A stretch of 64,000 bases of DNA from Gemmatimonadota bacterium (GCA_039588295.1 JBDHAB010000010.1:1-64000); one strand, 5' to 3'; counted from the first letter of the stretch, positions 36,407 through 46,850 are shown. Notes: generated by a model not told the origin, from the sequence alone. Numbers and translations are program-made.

Positions 36407-38050
36407 ATGAGACGCCGTACTCGCTCGGTCATCGCGCTCGTGGCATTCGGGCTCGGCAGCTGCGCCGCCCCGTCGTACGACCTCGTCGTGGCTGGCGGGA
36501 CGATAGTGGACGGCTCCGGGAGTCCCGGGTTCACGGCTGACATCGGTATCACGGACGGACGCATCGTCGAGATCGGCGATCTCTCCAATCAGCGGGCGCG
36601 ACGCACGGTCGATGCAACGGGCCTCGTGGTCGCCCCTGGCTTCATCGACATGATGGGTGGGAGCAGCCTGCCGCTCCTGCGCGATCCCGTGAGTGCGGAG
36701 AGCAAGCTGCGGCAAGGCATCACGACCATGCTGGCCGGCGAAGGCGGCTCGATGGCTCCGATCGACGATCGCCTCCGAGCGACGTACGAGGAGGAGCGGG
36801 GCTTTCGTCCGACATGGACCACGTTCGCGGAGTACTTCGCACTGCTGGAGGAAACCGGAATCCAGCTCAACGTGGTCCACAACGTGGGTGCGGCTCAGGT
36901 TCGGCGCATCGTCATCGGTGAGGAGGATCGTCAGGCGACGCCCGAGCAGCTGGCCGCAATGAAGGCACTCGTTGCGGACGCCATGCGGGACGGGGCGGTC
37001 GGCCTTTCTACGGCATTGATCTATCCCCCGGGCTCCTACGCGAGCACCGACGAGCTGATCGAGCTGGCAAGGACCGCCGGGGAGCACGGCGGGGCCTACC
37101 TCACCCACATGAGGAATGAGAGCGGGCAAGTCCTCGAGGCGATCACGGAGGCCATTCGCATTGGCAGAGAAGGCGGCCTCCCGGTTCACATCTTCCACCT
37201 GAAGGCGGCCGGGCGCGAGAATTGGCCGCTGATGACAGAGGCCATCGGGCTCATTCAACAGGCGCGCGACGAAGGGCTGCAAGTGACCGCCGACGTGTAT
37301 CCGTACATCCGCAACGGTATCGGACTCGGCTCCTTCCTCCATCCTCGGCACTACGCGCGGGGCGAGGACGCGTTCCTACCCACCTTATCCGATCCCGAAG
37401 TCCGACAATCGCTGCGACGCGAAGTCGAGACGACAGCCGACTGGGAGAACTGGTACCGACACGTGGGCTTCGACTGGACCAACGTGCTCATCTCGGGCGT
37501 GGGGCGCGAAGGCGACACGTCCATTGTCGGTCTCACTATTCAGGAGGCGGCCGATCAGCGCGACCGAGAGGTGTGGGACACGTTCTTCGACCTCGTGCAG
37601 ACGGGTCGGGTCAGCGTGAACCCCAAGAGCATGAACGAAGAGCAGAAGCACGAGGCAATGCGCGCGCCGTTCATGTGCTTCGATACCGATGCCTCACCGA
37701 CCAACCCCACAACGGTCGCCAGCGCACACCCACGCGCGTTCGGGTCGTTTCCGCGCGTGCTCGCCAAGTACGTGCGAGAGGAGGGAGTGATCAGCCTCGA
37801 GGAAGCGATCCACAAGCTGGCCCTGCTGCCGGCACAGATACTCGGACTCGATGACCGGGGCCACATCGCCGCCGACTTGGTCGCCGACCTCGTGGTCTTC
37901 GACGCCAACCGGATCCAGGACCGCGCAACGTTCACGGCACCCTTGCAGTACGCCGAGGGAATCGACTACCTGGTGGTGCGGGGCGAATTGGTCATCGACG
38001 ACGGTGCGGTAACGGCGGCACGACCGGGGGAGGTCATACGACACCGGTGA
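36407..38050 (+). CDS. N-acyl-D-amino-acid deacylase family amidohydrolase, lipoprotein
   Basis: Lipobox LGSC; PGFIDMM, LIYPPG, THMRNE, IFHLK, YPY, DTDA, HPRAFGSFPR. Start ATG 36407 after GGAGG. Confidence 0.88.
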   Translation: MRRRTRSVIALVAFGLGSCAAPSYDLVVAGGTIVDGSGSPGFTADIGITDGRIVEIGDLSNQRARRTVDATGLVVAPGFIDMMGGSSLPLLRDPVSAESKLRQGITTMLAGEGGSMAPIDDRLRATYEEERGFRPTWTTFAEYFALLEETGIQLNVVHNVGAAQVRRIVIGEEDRQATPEQLAAMKALVADAMRDGAVGLSTALIYPPGSYASTDELIELARTAGEHGGAYLTHMRNESGQVLEAITEAIRIGREGGLPVHIFHLKAAGRENWPLMTEAIGLIQQARDEGLQVTADVYPYIRNGIGLGSFLHPRHYARGEDAFLPTLSDPEVRQSLRREVETTADWENWYRHVGFDWTNVLISGVGREGDTSIVGLTIQEAADQRDREVWDTFFDLVQTGRVSVNPKSMNEEQKHEAMRAPFMCFDTDASPTNPTTVASAHPRAFGSFPRVLAKYVREEGVISLEEAIHKLALLPAQILGLDDRGHIAADLVADLVVFDANRIQDRATFTAPLQYAEGIDYLVVRGELVIDDGAVTAARPGEVIRHR

Positions 38051-38111
38051 CAGTGAGCCGCCCGCTGGGCGGGAACGATACATCGAACACGGCGAACCTG
38101 GAGCGGGCGCC

Positions 38112-39227
38112 ATGAACATGGAACCGATTGTGGTGCTTGGAGGGGGGCATGGGGCCCATGCAATGGCCGCGGACCTGACGCTGGCAGGGTATGAGGTGCG
38201 CTTGTGTGAGCATCCGCGCTTCGCCGAGCGATTCGGCCCGACGATCAAGGGCGGCGAGATCGAGCTCAGCGGCATCGGCCGCACCGGCAAGGCACGGCCG
38301 GCGATGGTCACGACCGACTTTGCGACCGCGTTGAACGGTGCAACGCTGATTAACCTCTCGATCCCCGCGTTCGGCCATGATCTGTTCTTCGAAGCCATGA
38401 TCCCTCACTTGACCTCTGAACAACTGATCGTGGTCTGGGCCGGGGACTTCGGCTCCTTGAGGCTGGCGCACATGATCGCGCAGCGCCCGGGTGCGTCGCG
38501 GCCGGTGATTCTGGAGGGCAGTACCCTTCCGTATGGCACCCGCCTCTCCGGACCGGCTCGTGTTGACATGCTCCTGTTCGCCAACCCGATTCTCGTCGCG
38601 GCACTTCCGGGAACCGAGACCGGAGTCTGGCCCGAGGCCCTGCGCACACTCTGGCCAGGCGTCAAGCCGGCAGAGAACGTGCTGCAAGCGGCGTTCGCGA
38701 ATCCCAACCCGATCGTTCATCCGCCGGGGGCACTGCTCAGCGTCGGACGCATCGAATACTCGGGCGGTGAGTTCTACATGTATCGCGAAGGCATGGGACC
38801 GGCGACCCGCCGCGTGGTCTACGGCATCTATCAGGACTCCTGTGCCGTGGCGGAGGAGCTCGGCTTTACGATTCCGGGCTACCCCAAAGAGGACTTCGAC
38901 AAACCCGCGAGCATCATGGGCGAAGTATTCGAGTGCCCGGGCAACCGCTACGACGTGATCGCCAATGTGAAGGGTCCGACTACGCTGCAAGACCGGTACC
39001 TGACCGAGGACCTGCCGTGCGGGTTGCTGCCGATTGCTCAACTCGGCGACAAGCTCGGTGTCCCCACGCCGACGATCGATGCGATCATTCAGCTCGGTAG
39101 CCTCGTCTGCGAGCGAGATTTCTGGCAGGTCGGCCGTAGCCTCGCGTCGCTCGGCCTCGACACCATGAAACCGGACGAGATCATAGGCTACGTCACGAAC
39201 GGCCCTACCGTCCCCGGCGCGCGATAG
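38112..39227 (+). CDS. NAD/NADP opine (octopine/nopaline) dehydrogenase family protein
   Basis: VLGGGHGAHAMAADL Rossmann, TLPYGTR, NPNPIVHPP, FYMYREG, RYLTEDLPCGL. Confidence 0.88.
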   Translation: MNMEPIVVLGGGHGAHAMAADLTLAGYEVRLCEHPRFAERFGPTIKGGEIELSGIGRTGKARPAMVTTDFATALNGATLINLSIPAFGHDLFFEAMIPHLTSEQLIVVWAGDFGSLRLAHMIAQRPGASRPVILEGSTLPYGTRLSGPARVDMLLFANPILVAALPGTETGVWPEALRTLWPGVKPAENVLQAAFANPNPIVHPPGALLSVGRIEYSGGEFYMYREGMGPATRRVVYGIYQDSCAVAEELGFTIPGYPKEDFDKPASIMGEVFECPGNRYDVIANVKGPTTLQDRYLTEDLPCGLLPIAQLGDKLGVPTPTIDAIIQLGSLVCERDFWQVGRSLASLGLDTMKPDEIIGYVTNGPTVPGAR

Positions 39228-39261
39228 GCAGCGACACGACGCCCGACCCACGCACCCCGAG

Positions 39262-40395
39262 ATGATGCGCCTACGGCCTCAGATTCTCACGCTCGCGGCA
39301 TGCGCCGTTCTCGCCGTTGCCTGTGGCGACGGCTCCACCGGGCCCATCACCCGGCCTCCGGTTCCGTCACTGGAGGAGACGCTTCGCAGCTATCGGAACG
39401 CGAACGGACTCCCCGCCATCGCCGCTGCGATCATCCGAAGCGACAGTATTGAAGAAGTGGCCGCCGTAGGGGTGCGGCGCCTTTCCACCACTGACAGCGT
39501 GACCGTCGACGATGAGTTCCACATCGGCTCCGACACCAAAGCAATGGTGGCAACAGTTGCAGGGACATTGGTGGAAGACGGCGTCCTGGAGTGGTTTCAC
39601 ACCCCGGTCCACATCTTCCCGGACCTGGCCGATACGATCCACACAGATCTCCAGTCCATCACGCTGCGAGACCTGCTCACGCACCGAGCCGGCCTCCAGC
39701 CATTCACGACCGGCGCAGAATGGAATTCGGTCCCGGCATTTCCTGGCACGCCGGTCGAGCAGCGGAGGGCTTTCGTTGCGTGGTTCCTGAGCCGCCCACC
39801 GTGGGGCACGGTCGGCCAGTACGAATACTCCAACGCAGGGTACTCGATTGCAGCAGCGATGTTGGAGGAGATCACGCAACGGGCGTGGAACGAGCTCTTG
39901 CAGGAACGGCTCTTCACGCCACTCGGAATGACCACCGCCGGCTTCGGCTGGCCAGCCTTCAACGATCCCAACCAGCCGTGGGGCCACTGGGTCGTGTCCG
40001 GCTCCCTCGAGCCACACCCACCGGATGACGCGTACCAACTGGGCGAGTTCATCGGGCCGGCCGGCGATGTCCATGTGTCCATCACCGACTTCGCGCGGTT
40101 CGTGCAGATGCATCTTCGGGGCTTTCGGGGACAGGACGGGATCCTGAAATCGGAAACCGTGCAATACCTCCATGACCCAGTGGGCAGCTACGCGCTCGGC
40201 TGGGGAGTGTACTCCACGGGCGGTCACTCGATCAGCTCGCACAATGGGAGCGCCGGGACCTTCTACGCAACGATGGCATTCAGCCGCTCGCGCGACTGGG
40301 GTGTGGTGATAGCGACCAACGCGGGTGGCTCGAACGCCCAGTCCGTATGCAGCACGCTTCTCAGCGTGTTTCTCAACCGGTATTCCAACGACTGA
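39262..40395 (+). CDS. S12 serine hydrolase lipoprotein
   Basis: Lipobox AVAC; GSDTK, LLTHRAG, YEYSNAGY, HNGS. Confidence 0.88.
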   Translation: MMRLRPQILTLAACAVLAVACGDGSTGPITRPPVPSLEETLRSYRNANGLPAIAAAIIRSDSIEEVAAVGVRRLSTTDSVTVDDEFHIGSDTKAMVATVAGTLVEDGVLEWFHTPVHIFPDLADTIHTDLQSITLRDLLTHRAGLQPFTTGAEWNSVPAFPGTPVEQRRAFVAWFLSRPPWGTVGQYEYSNAGYSIAAAMLEEITQRAWNELLQERLFTPLGMTTAGFGWPAFNDPNQPWGHWVVSGSLEPHPPDDAYQLGEFIGPAGDVHVSITDFARFVQMHLRGFRGQDGILKSETVQYLHDPVGSYALGWGVYSTGGHSISSHNGSAGTFYATMAFSRSRDWGVVIATNAGGSNAQSVCSTLLSVFLNRYSND

Positions 40396-40490
40396 CGTGG
40401 CCGCGCTCCGATCGTCGCCTTTCGAATGGTGTGTGGCGATGATACCCTATCCAGCCGCAGTCGAAACACGCCAACGGCGGGGGTGAGTGG

Positions 40491-41192
40491 ATGAAGACCA
40501 TCGGGATTTTCGGCGGATTGGGGCCGGCCTCCACAATTGCCTACTATCAGTACATCACCGACAAGTACTACGAGGAGTTCGGCGACTACGGATACCCGCA
40601 GATTCTGATCTACAGCCTCAACTTCCAGAGTATCATCGATGTCGGCTACGAAGCTGCGGACACCATCAAGCGCGCCATCGAGGCCCTGCACCGTGCCGGC
40701 GCCGATTTCGCCGTAGCCTCGTGCAACTCCATCCACATCGTGCGTGACGACGTTGTGGGCGACATCCCGATCCCCTGGATCAGCATCATCGACGTGACGG
40801 CAGAGCACGTCCGGGCGGCCGGGATGAACAAGGTGGGACTCCTGGGAACCGTCTTCACCATGGGGAAGGGGTTTTACCAGCGAGGGCTGGCCAAGCACGG
40901 TATTGAGACGATCATCCCGGACCCCAGCGATCAGAAACGCGTCAACGAGATCATCTTCAACGAGCTCGTGCGGGGGGTGTTTACGGAGGAGTCGCGACGG
41001 GTCATGCTGGAGTCTATCGAGCAGCTGAGTGCGCATGGTGCGCAGGGTGTCGTGCTGGGATGCACCGAGATTCCGCTGTTGGTGAAGCAGGAACACACGG
41101 GGGTACGGGTCTTCGACACCATGACGCTGCACGCGCAGCGAGCGCTGGATCTCGCGCTCGAGCGACCCGCCGGTGTTCCCGGCACCGGCTAG
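40491..41192 (+). CDS. Aspartate/glutamate racemase family protein (RacX/YgeA-like)
   Basis: MKTIGIFGGLGPAST..YY, SCNSIH, GLLGT.FTM, LGCTEIP; both catalytic Cys present. Confidence 0.93.
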   Translation: MKTIGIFGGLGPASTIAYYQYITDKYYEEFGDYGYPQILIYSLNFQSIIDVGYEAADTIKRAIEALHRAGADFAVASCNSIHIVRDDVVGDIPIPWISIIDVTAEHVRAAGMNKVGLLGTVFTMGKGFYQRGLAKHGIETIIPDPSDQKRVNEIIFNELVRGVFTEESRRVMLESIEQLSAHGAQGVVLGCTEIPLLVKQEHTGVRVFDTMTLHAQRALDLALERPAGVPGTG

Positions 41193-41303
41193 CGATTGCC
41201 GCACCACGTGATGACGGATAAGCTCTGGAGCAACATGCGGGACACGGCCGCTCCGGCGTCCGGTGTTGTCGGACGCTTGACCCTCTTTTCGAGGAGCATA
41301 CCC

Positions 41304-42986
41304 ATGCGTCGCTTGGCGTTGTTCAGCTTGGTCACTCTGGTAGGATCCGCCTGCACGGCGGACTACGACATCATCATCCGGAATGGGATGGTATACGACG
41401 GCACCGGAGCAGCACCTATCGTGGCCGATGTTGCGATCGCCGACGACACGATTGCTGCCATCGGCTCACTCGCTGGCGTGCGGGGTCGCCTCGAAGTCGA
41501 CGCGCAGGGAATGGCGGTCGCCCCCGGATTCATCAACATGTTGAGCTGGGCAACCGAGTCGCTGATCGAAGACAGCCGCTCGCAGGGCGACATCCGGCAA
41601 GGCGTCACCCTCGAGGTGATGGGAGAGGGGTGGTCGATGGGACCGCTGAACGACCGGATGAAAGAAGAGGCTGTCGAGGAACAAGGCGACATCACGTACG
41701 ACATTGAATGGACCACGCTCGGGGAATACCTCGAGTATCTGGAACAGCGTGGCATCGCAGCGAACGTGGGGTCCTTCGTCGGTGCGACGACGGTGCGGAT
41801 TCACGAGATCGGATACGAGGACCGTCCGCCGACCGCCGAGGAGCTCGACCGCATGCGTGGCCTCGTTCGCCAGGCCATGGAAGAAGGGGCGTTCGGGCTC
41901 GGCTCGTCGCTCATCTATGCTCCCGCCTTCTACGCGAAGACCGATGAGCTGATCGAGCTCGCCAAAGTCGCCGCACAATATAACGGCATGTACATCTCAC
42001 ACATGCGCAGCGAGGGAAATCAACTCCTCGAAGCGTTGGAGGAGTTGATCACGATCGCGCGGGACGCGGGCATCCGGGCGGAGGTCTACCACCTGAAAGC
42101 CGCGGGTCAGGCAAACTGGGAAAAGATGGATGCCGTCATTGAACGGGTAGAGCAGGCCAGAGCGGAAGGTCTCGAGATCGTGGCCGACATGTACACGTAC
42201 ACGGCGGGGGCTACCGGCCTTTCGGCAGCGTTTCCCCCCTGGGCTCACGAGGGGGGGCACGAGGCCTTGATCGAGCGGCTCAAGGACCCCGCCACCAGGG
42301 CGCGCATTGCGCACGAGATGGTGACGCCCTCTGACGAATGGGAGAACCTGTATCTGGCAGCCGGCTCGGCCGACCGCGTGCTCCTCGTGGGATTCAAGAA
42401 CCCCGATCTCAAATCGCTCACAGGCAAGAGCCTCGCGGAAGTGGCAGAAATGCGTGGGAAGCCGCCAGCGGAGGCCGCCATGGACCTGGTGGTCGAGGAC
42501 GACAGCCGCATCGGGACCGTCTACTTCATGATGTCCGAGGAGAACGTCAAGAAACAGATTGCACTGCCGTGGGTCAGCTTCGATTCCGACGCGGAGTCCA
42601 TGGCGCCAGAGGGAGTCTTCCTGCTCTCGAACCCACACCCACGAGCATACGGCAACTTTGCGCGGCTGCTCGGCAAATATGTCCGCGAAGAGCAGGTGGT
42701 CCCGCTCGAGGAAGCCATCCGCAAACTCACATCGCTGCCCGCACAGAACCTCCGCATCGAGCGGCGGGGAACCCTCGCGGTCGGCAACTACGCCGACGTG
42801 GTAGTGTTTGACCCGGCCACCATCATCGACCACGCCACGTTCGCGGAGCCTCACCAGTACGCGACCGGCATGATTCACGTGTTCGTCAATGGCGAGCAAG
42901 TGCTCCGGAACGGTGAGCATACCGGCGCGACGCCGGGACGCGTCGTGCGCGGTCCCGGCTGGACCGGAGGGACGGCTACGGAATAG
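41304..42986 (+). CDS. N-acyl-D-amino-acid deacylase family amidohydrolase, lipoprotein
   Basis: Lipobox GSAC; PGFINMLSWA, LIYAP, SHMRSE, VYHLK, YTYTAG, DSDA, HPRAYGNFAR. Start ATG 41304 after GAGGAG. Confidence 0.88.
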   Translation: MRRLALFSLVTLVGSACTADYDIIIRNGMVYDGTGAAPIVADVAIADDTIAAIGSLAGVRGRLEVDAQGMAVAPGFINMLSWATESLIEDSRSQGDIRQGVTLEVMGEGWSMGPLNDRMKEEAVEEQGDITYDIEWTTLGEYLEYLEQRGIAANVGSFVGATTVRIHEIGYEDRPPTAEELDRMRGLVRQAMEEGAFGLGSSLIYAPAFYAKTDELIELAKVAAQYNGMYISHMRSEGNQLLEALEELITIARDAGIRAEVYHLKAAGQANWEKMDAVIERVEQARAEGLEIVADMYTYTAGATGLSAAFPPWAHEGGHEALIERLKDPATRARIAHEMVTPSDEWENLYLAAGSADRVLLVGFKNPDLKSLTGKSLAEVAEMRGKPPAEAAMDLVVEDDSRIGTVYFMMSEENVKKQIALPWVSFDSDAESMAPEGVFLLSNPHPRAYGNFARLLGKYVREEQVVPLEEAIRKLTSLPAQNLRIERRGTLAVGNYADVVVFDPATIIDHATFAEPHQYATGMIHVFVNGEQVLRNGEHTGATPGRVVRGPGWTGGTATE

Positions 42987-43033
42987 GGTGAGAACCGCGC
43001 AGGCCGGATCCCGTCCGGCCCGCAGCGCAGTGA

Positions 43034-43411
43034 TTACCGTCGGCGGGTGATTGGGATCCTCCGATCGAGGTCCGGCTCGATCACCAGCTGGAGGATGTCA
43101 CCGCGGTCGACGTTCATCGATTCCGTGAAATAGGATCCCACTGAGATGAGCTGGATCTCGATTCTCAGTTCGGGGCCCGTCCAGCGAAATGTGAACGTTT
43201 CCTCGGCATTGCTCCGGACCGTTCCGAGCCGAATCCGCTGTGAGCCGATGAGGGCGTAGAGCGTGGCCTCGTAGAAGTTCTGGTTTGTGGCCTCGAGAGT
43301 GAGCTCGTTGGACGAGGCCGGTGCCAGCTCATCGTAATCGCCGCTCGCCGCTGAACTGCATGCGGCGATTCCTATGAGGAGCACAATAGCACGTGGCTTG
43401 CCTGCCATCAT
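43034..43411 (-). CDS. Small hypothetical lipoprotein
   Basis: SD GGAG; lipobox IAAC; beta-rich mature part (NQNFYEATLY...RLGTV). Confidence 0.6.
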   Translation of the reverse strand: MMAGKPRAIVLLIGIAACSSAASGDYDELAPASSNELTLEATNQNFYEATLYALIGSQRIRLGTVRSNAEETFTFRWTGPELRIEIQLISVGSYFTESMNVDRGDILQLVIEPDLDRRIPITRRR

Positions 43412-43528
43412 CGTTCTCCGCTCCCGTGGTGACTGCAGCGGACTCCCGGTCGCTCCGCTCCGACGCCCAAACGGTCTGCAACTTCGTACCCCGCGGGCGT
43501 CCGGGTGATCACGGCACCGCACACTACG

Positions 43529-44593
43529 CTACAGAAGCTCCTCCAGACCAAGTGCGCCTGCGTAGGCAAACAGCGCCGGCAGCCCTCCGGTGTGCACGAA
43601 GACCACCGTGCGGGAAGCCGGGATCGCGCCTCGTCGGATGTGGTCAATCAAGCCCGCCATGGCCTTGGACGTGTACACCGGATCGAGCAGCACCCCGTCA
43701 CACCGTCCCACAAGCCGCATGGCTTCCTTCGCGGCGTCGGTGACCACGCCGTACCCGGGGCCGACATAGTCCACGATACTGGTGATGTCCCCGGGGGTCA
43801 GACGCGTCGGGAGCCCGAGGATCTCCGCGCAGTCATTCCCGATCGAGGCAATCGATGTCGGAAACGTCCACCCGGGTGCAATGGGCTTCGGGAGCGCCGG
43901 CAGGCCGACGATGCGAACCGGGGATTCGACATGCTTGGCGGCGATCGCCAGCCCCGCCTGCGTTGCGTCAGAGGAGCTGACCCAGATTTCGTCGACTCCA
44001 AGGTTCAGAGTTTCGGCTTGCTCGATGAGCTCGACAAAGGTATGCACGTAGGCGCAGGCGTATCGTCCGAGTCCCGACTCGTCGCCGCAGCGGCCGACGT
44101 AGACCTTCTTGCCGGTTGCTTCCAGCTCGCTTCCCCGTTGGCGCACGCGTTCGCCGTGGACCACCCAATCGACGCCCTCGATGATCTCCACCGTCGCGCC
44201 GACCAAGAGATCGAGCAGTATCCCACCCTGGATCTCATCATCGCGCTCCCCGCGGACCTTCCGAAGGATCAAGTGGCATTCGAGACCCAGCTTCGCGCAT
44301 GCGGCCGCCAATTGTCGGCAGTAGTTCGACTGCACTGCCGCACCCGCCACCACCGTATTCACTCCTCGTTCGAGGGCGTTGGCCAACACGTACTCGAACA
44401 TGCGAGTCTTGTTGCCACCCGTCGCCAGGCCCGTGAGATCGTCGCGCTTCATCCATATCTCCGGGCCACCGAGCTCGCGCGTCAGCCCCGCACAGGACTC
44501 GAGCGGTGTCGGCAACGCGGCGAGGGAAACCCGTGGTAAGGATGCCAATGCGCTTGTCAGCTCAGCGAGCTTGTCGGGCCTGGCATTTCTCAT
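43529..44593 (-). CDS. D-cysteine desulfhydrolase / ACC deaminase family PLP enzyme
   Basis: LPTPL, IWMKRDDLTG..GGNKTR, QSNYCR, YVGPGYG, LDPVYTSK, FVHTGG. Start ATG 44593. Confidence 0.9.
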   Translation of the reverse strand: MRNARPDKLAELTSALASLPRVSLAALPTPLESCAGLTRELGGPEIWMKRDDLTGLATGGNKTRMFEYVLANALERGVNTVVAGAAVQSNYCRQLAAACAKLGLECHLILRKVRGERDDEIQGGILLDLLVGATVEIIEGVDWVVHGERVRQRGSELEATGKKVYVGRCGDESGLGRYACAYVHTFVELIEQAETLNLGVDEIWVSSSDATQAGLAIAAKHVESPVRIVGLPALPKPIAPGWTFPTSIASIGNDCAEILGLPTRLTPGDITSIVDYVGPGYGVVTDAAKEAMRLVGRCDGVLLDPVYTSKAMAGLIDHIRRGAIPASRTVVFVHTGGLPALFAYAGALGLEELL

Positions 44594-44661
44594 GACCGCT
44601 CCTGTCCGAGCGCGCTGCGAAGGGGGCTCGCCGCGGCGCGTCAGCTCCGTGGTGTGCGGGC

Positions 44662-45114
44662 CTACAGGGTCGTCCTCATTATCAGATAGGGCGCCGCTGA
44701 GAAGCCCACCCGTTCGTACGCGTGGATGGCACCGTGGTTGTTCTCGTGAACGTAGAGGCGAAGCTCGATGGCGCCGTGGCGGCGAGCCTCCGTGACAACC
44801 GCTTCCAACAGCCGCTTCATGAGACCGCGTCCGCGGAACGCCGGCTCGATGAACATGCTCTGGATCCACCAGTAGTGACCGGCGTTCCAATCACTCCATT
44901 CCCGGACTACCGAGGCACTGCCAACGACCGCACCGTCTTCCGTCTCCACGACCCAATAGGTCGAGAGGGACGGGTCCTCGAGCCCAGCCCTCACCGCATG
45001 TTGCACGACGGCGTGATCCTGAGTGCGACCCTCAGCTTCACGGGCCTCGGCCAGCGTGAACGCTACCAGTGATTCGAGGTCCCGCTGGTCTGCCTTTCTC
45101 GCGCGTACCGACAT
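44662..45114 (-). CDS. GNAT family N-acetyltransferase
   Basis: EWSDW, WWIQSMFIEPAFRGRG, LRLYV..NN..A...YERVGF. Confidence 0.9.
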   Translation of the reverse strand: MSVRARKADQRDLESLVAFTLAEAREAEGRTQDHAVVQHAVRAGLEDPSLSTYWVVETEDGAVVGSASVVREWSDWNAGHYWWIQSMFIEPAFRGRGLMKRLLEAVVTEARRHGAIELRLYVHENNHGAIHAYERVGFSAAPYLIMRTTL

Positions 45115-45179
45115 GCACGCCCCTCCTCCGCTCGAGACGGCGCGGCGGCACATGCCGTCACGGGAGCAGATGCCGCCGT

Positions 45180-46850
45180 CTACTGAATTCGTCTCGCGGT
45201 TTGATCCCGGCCACCCTGGTGCAGAATCAGGGCGGTCACCACTGCCTCCTCGTTCCGCACAAAGGTGATCTGCGCATCGACCACCTTGTAGAAGAACTTC
45301 GTCTCCGACTCCGCAAAGACCTGGTATCGTGCCTGGCCAGTAAGTTGTGCCATCAACTTCCCGTCCTCCGTGGACACCTCCAACACCACTCCCGGCGCCA
45401 GCTCGTACATGCCGACGTAGTCCTCGAGAAGCGTCGGGTCGACCGCGACCTCTACCCTTGGGGGAGGCGGCTGGTACTCGGCACCCACCTTGCGCAGGGT
45501 CCGGTCGGCACCACCCTGATGGAGGACCACGGCCGTCACCTCTCCGTCCTCGTTCTCTACGAAGGTGAGTTGCGCGTCGACAACGGTGAGGAAGAACTCT
45601 GTTTCGGAGGCGGCGTAGATCGGGAACCGCTGTTGCCCCTCTACGTGCACGGTCAGCTGGCCGTCCTGCAACGCAATGTCCGCGAGGACGCCGGGCTGGA
45701 ACTCGTACTTCCCCACATAGCGCTCGAGAATGGCCGGATCGACGTCTACCGGTACCTTGATCTCGCGGAGAGGACTACTGGGATCGAGTAGGTGAAATCC
45801 AATGTCATCGGGACTGGTGGACGTGTTCGACAGTACCACAACGCCAATCTGGCTATCGTCGACGAAACCCGCGAAACTCCGATAGCCACCCGTTCCCCCG
45901 TTGTGCCAGACAACCTCGCGCTCCCCCCTGCGCAAATGCCACCCGAGGCCGATACGCATGTTTGGTGAGCCTGCATCGTGACGAGCCTCGTGGGTTGTCC
46001 GCATCGCAGAGTGGAGCCGGCTCCGGCGCAGTCCCATGTTGGCAGCCAGGAACGCGAGCATGTCACGAGCGGTCGATCGTAGTGCGCCCGCCCCCGCAAG
46101 CGTTGGAATATCCCAGTTCGCCACTTCCGTGGTTCCACTGTGCCCGGGTGCGAGACGGCTGCGCATCGAGGATGTGAGCGCAATCCTGGTATCCGACATG
46201 CCGAGCTCGCTCGCGATGCGTTGCTGAATCAGCTCGTCATAGCTCGCGCCCGCTGCCAGCGTGAGGATATGGCCCAACAATCCGACGCCATAGTTGGAGT
46301 ATTCGTACTCCGCACCGACATCCCGGCGAAGCGTGTGGTTCGACAAGAATTCGTACAGTTGCTCCACCGAGTAGTCGGCGTACGGATTGCTCGGGTCGGC
46401 CGGCGCGAAGTTGTCGGGCATTCTGGGAAGACCCGATGTCTGGGTGGCGAGATGCTCCAAGGTGATGGACTGATCGTTGCGCATTGGAGCATGCACGGCA
46501 TCTGGAAGATATCGCTCGATGGGATCGTCGAAGGCCACCTCTTCCCGCTCGACCATGTCCGCCAGGAGGAGCGAAGTGAACACCTTCGTGATCGACCCGA
46601 TCTCGAACACCGTGTCTTCATCCGGTGTGCCGCCGTCAGGAAGTGCCGTCTTCCCATAGGCGAAATACCGAGTCCCCTTCGGACTCACGACCCCGACTAC
46701 GATGCTCATGTTGTGACCGTGATCCACCCGTGCGCGGATCGACGCTTTCACGTCCTCCGGAACGTCGGGAGCTTGCGCCTTGCATGGAGAGAACCCTACA
46801 AGAAGGCCCGTCGCGGCCACGATCGACGCGGATCGGAGATCGAGCTTCAT
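45180..46850 (-). CDS. Exported S12 serine hydrolase (AmpH-like) with two C-terminal DUF3471-like repeats
   Basis: GSITK, YEYSN, WHNGGTGG; two repeats VDP..LE.YVG.YE..PG...SET.FF..VVDAQ.TFV. Confidence 0.9.
   Translation of the reverse strand: MKLDLRSASIVAATGLLVGFSPCKAQAPDVPEDVKASIRARVDHGHNMSIVVGVVSPKGTRYFAYGKTALPDGGTPDEDTVFEIGSITKVFTSLLLADMVEREEVAFDDPIERYLPDAVHAPMRNDQSITLEHLATQTSGLPRMPDNFAPADPSNPYADYSVEQLYEFLSNHTLRRDVGAEYEYSNYGVGLLGHILTLAAGASYDELIQQRIASELGMSDTRIALTSSMRSRLAPGHSGTTEVANWDIPTLAGAGALRSTARDMLAFLAANMGLRRSRLHSAMRTTHEARHDAGSPNMRIGLGWHLRRGEREVVWHNGGTGGYRSFAGFVDDSQIGVVVLSNTSTSPDDIGFHLLDPSSPLREIKVPVDVDPAILERYVGKYEFQPGVLADIALQDGQLTVHVEGQQRFPIYAASETEFFLTVVDAQLTFVENEDGEVTAVVLHQGGADRTLRKVGAEYQPPPPRVEVAVDPTLLEDYVGMYELAPGVVLEVSTEDGKLMAQLTGQARYQVFAESETKFFYKVVDAQITFVRNEEAVVTALILHQGGRDQTARRIQ

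Noticed and set aside
38112..41192. Staphylopine/pseudopaline-type metallophore pathway (opine dehydrogenase + racemase + TonB receptor)
   Set aside because: No nicotianamine synthase-like gene or exporter; the racemase is Asp/Glu family rather than the DapF-fold CntK type; context is catabolic.
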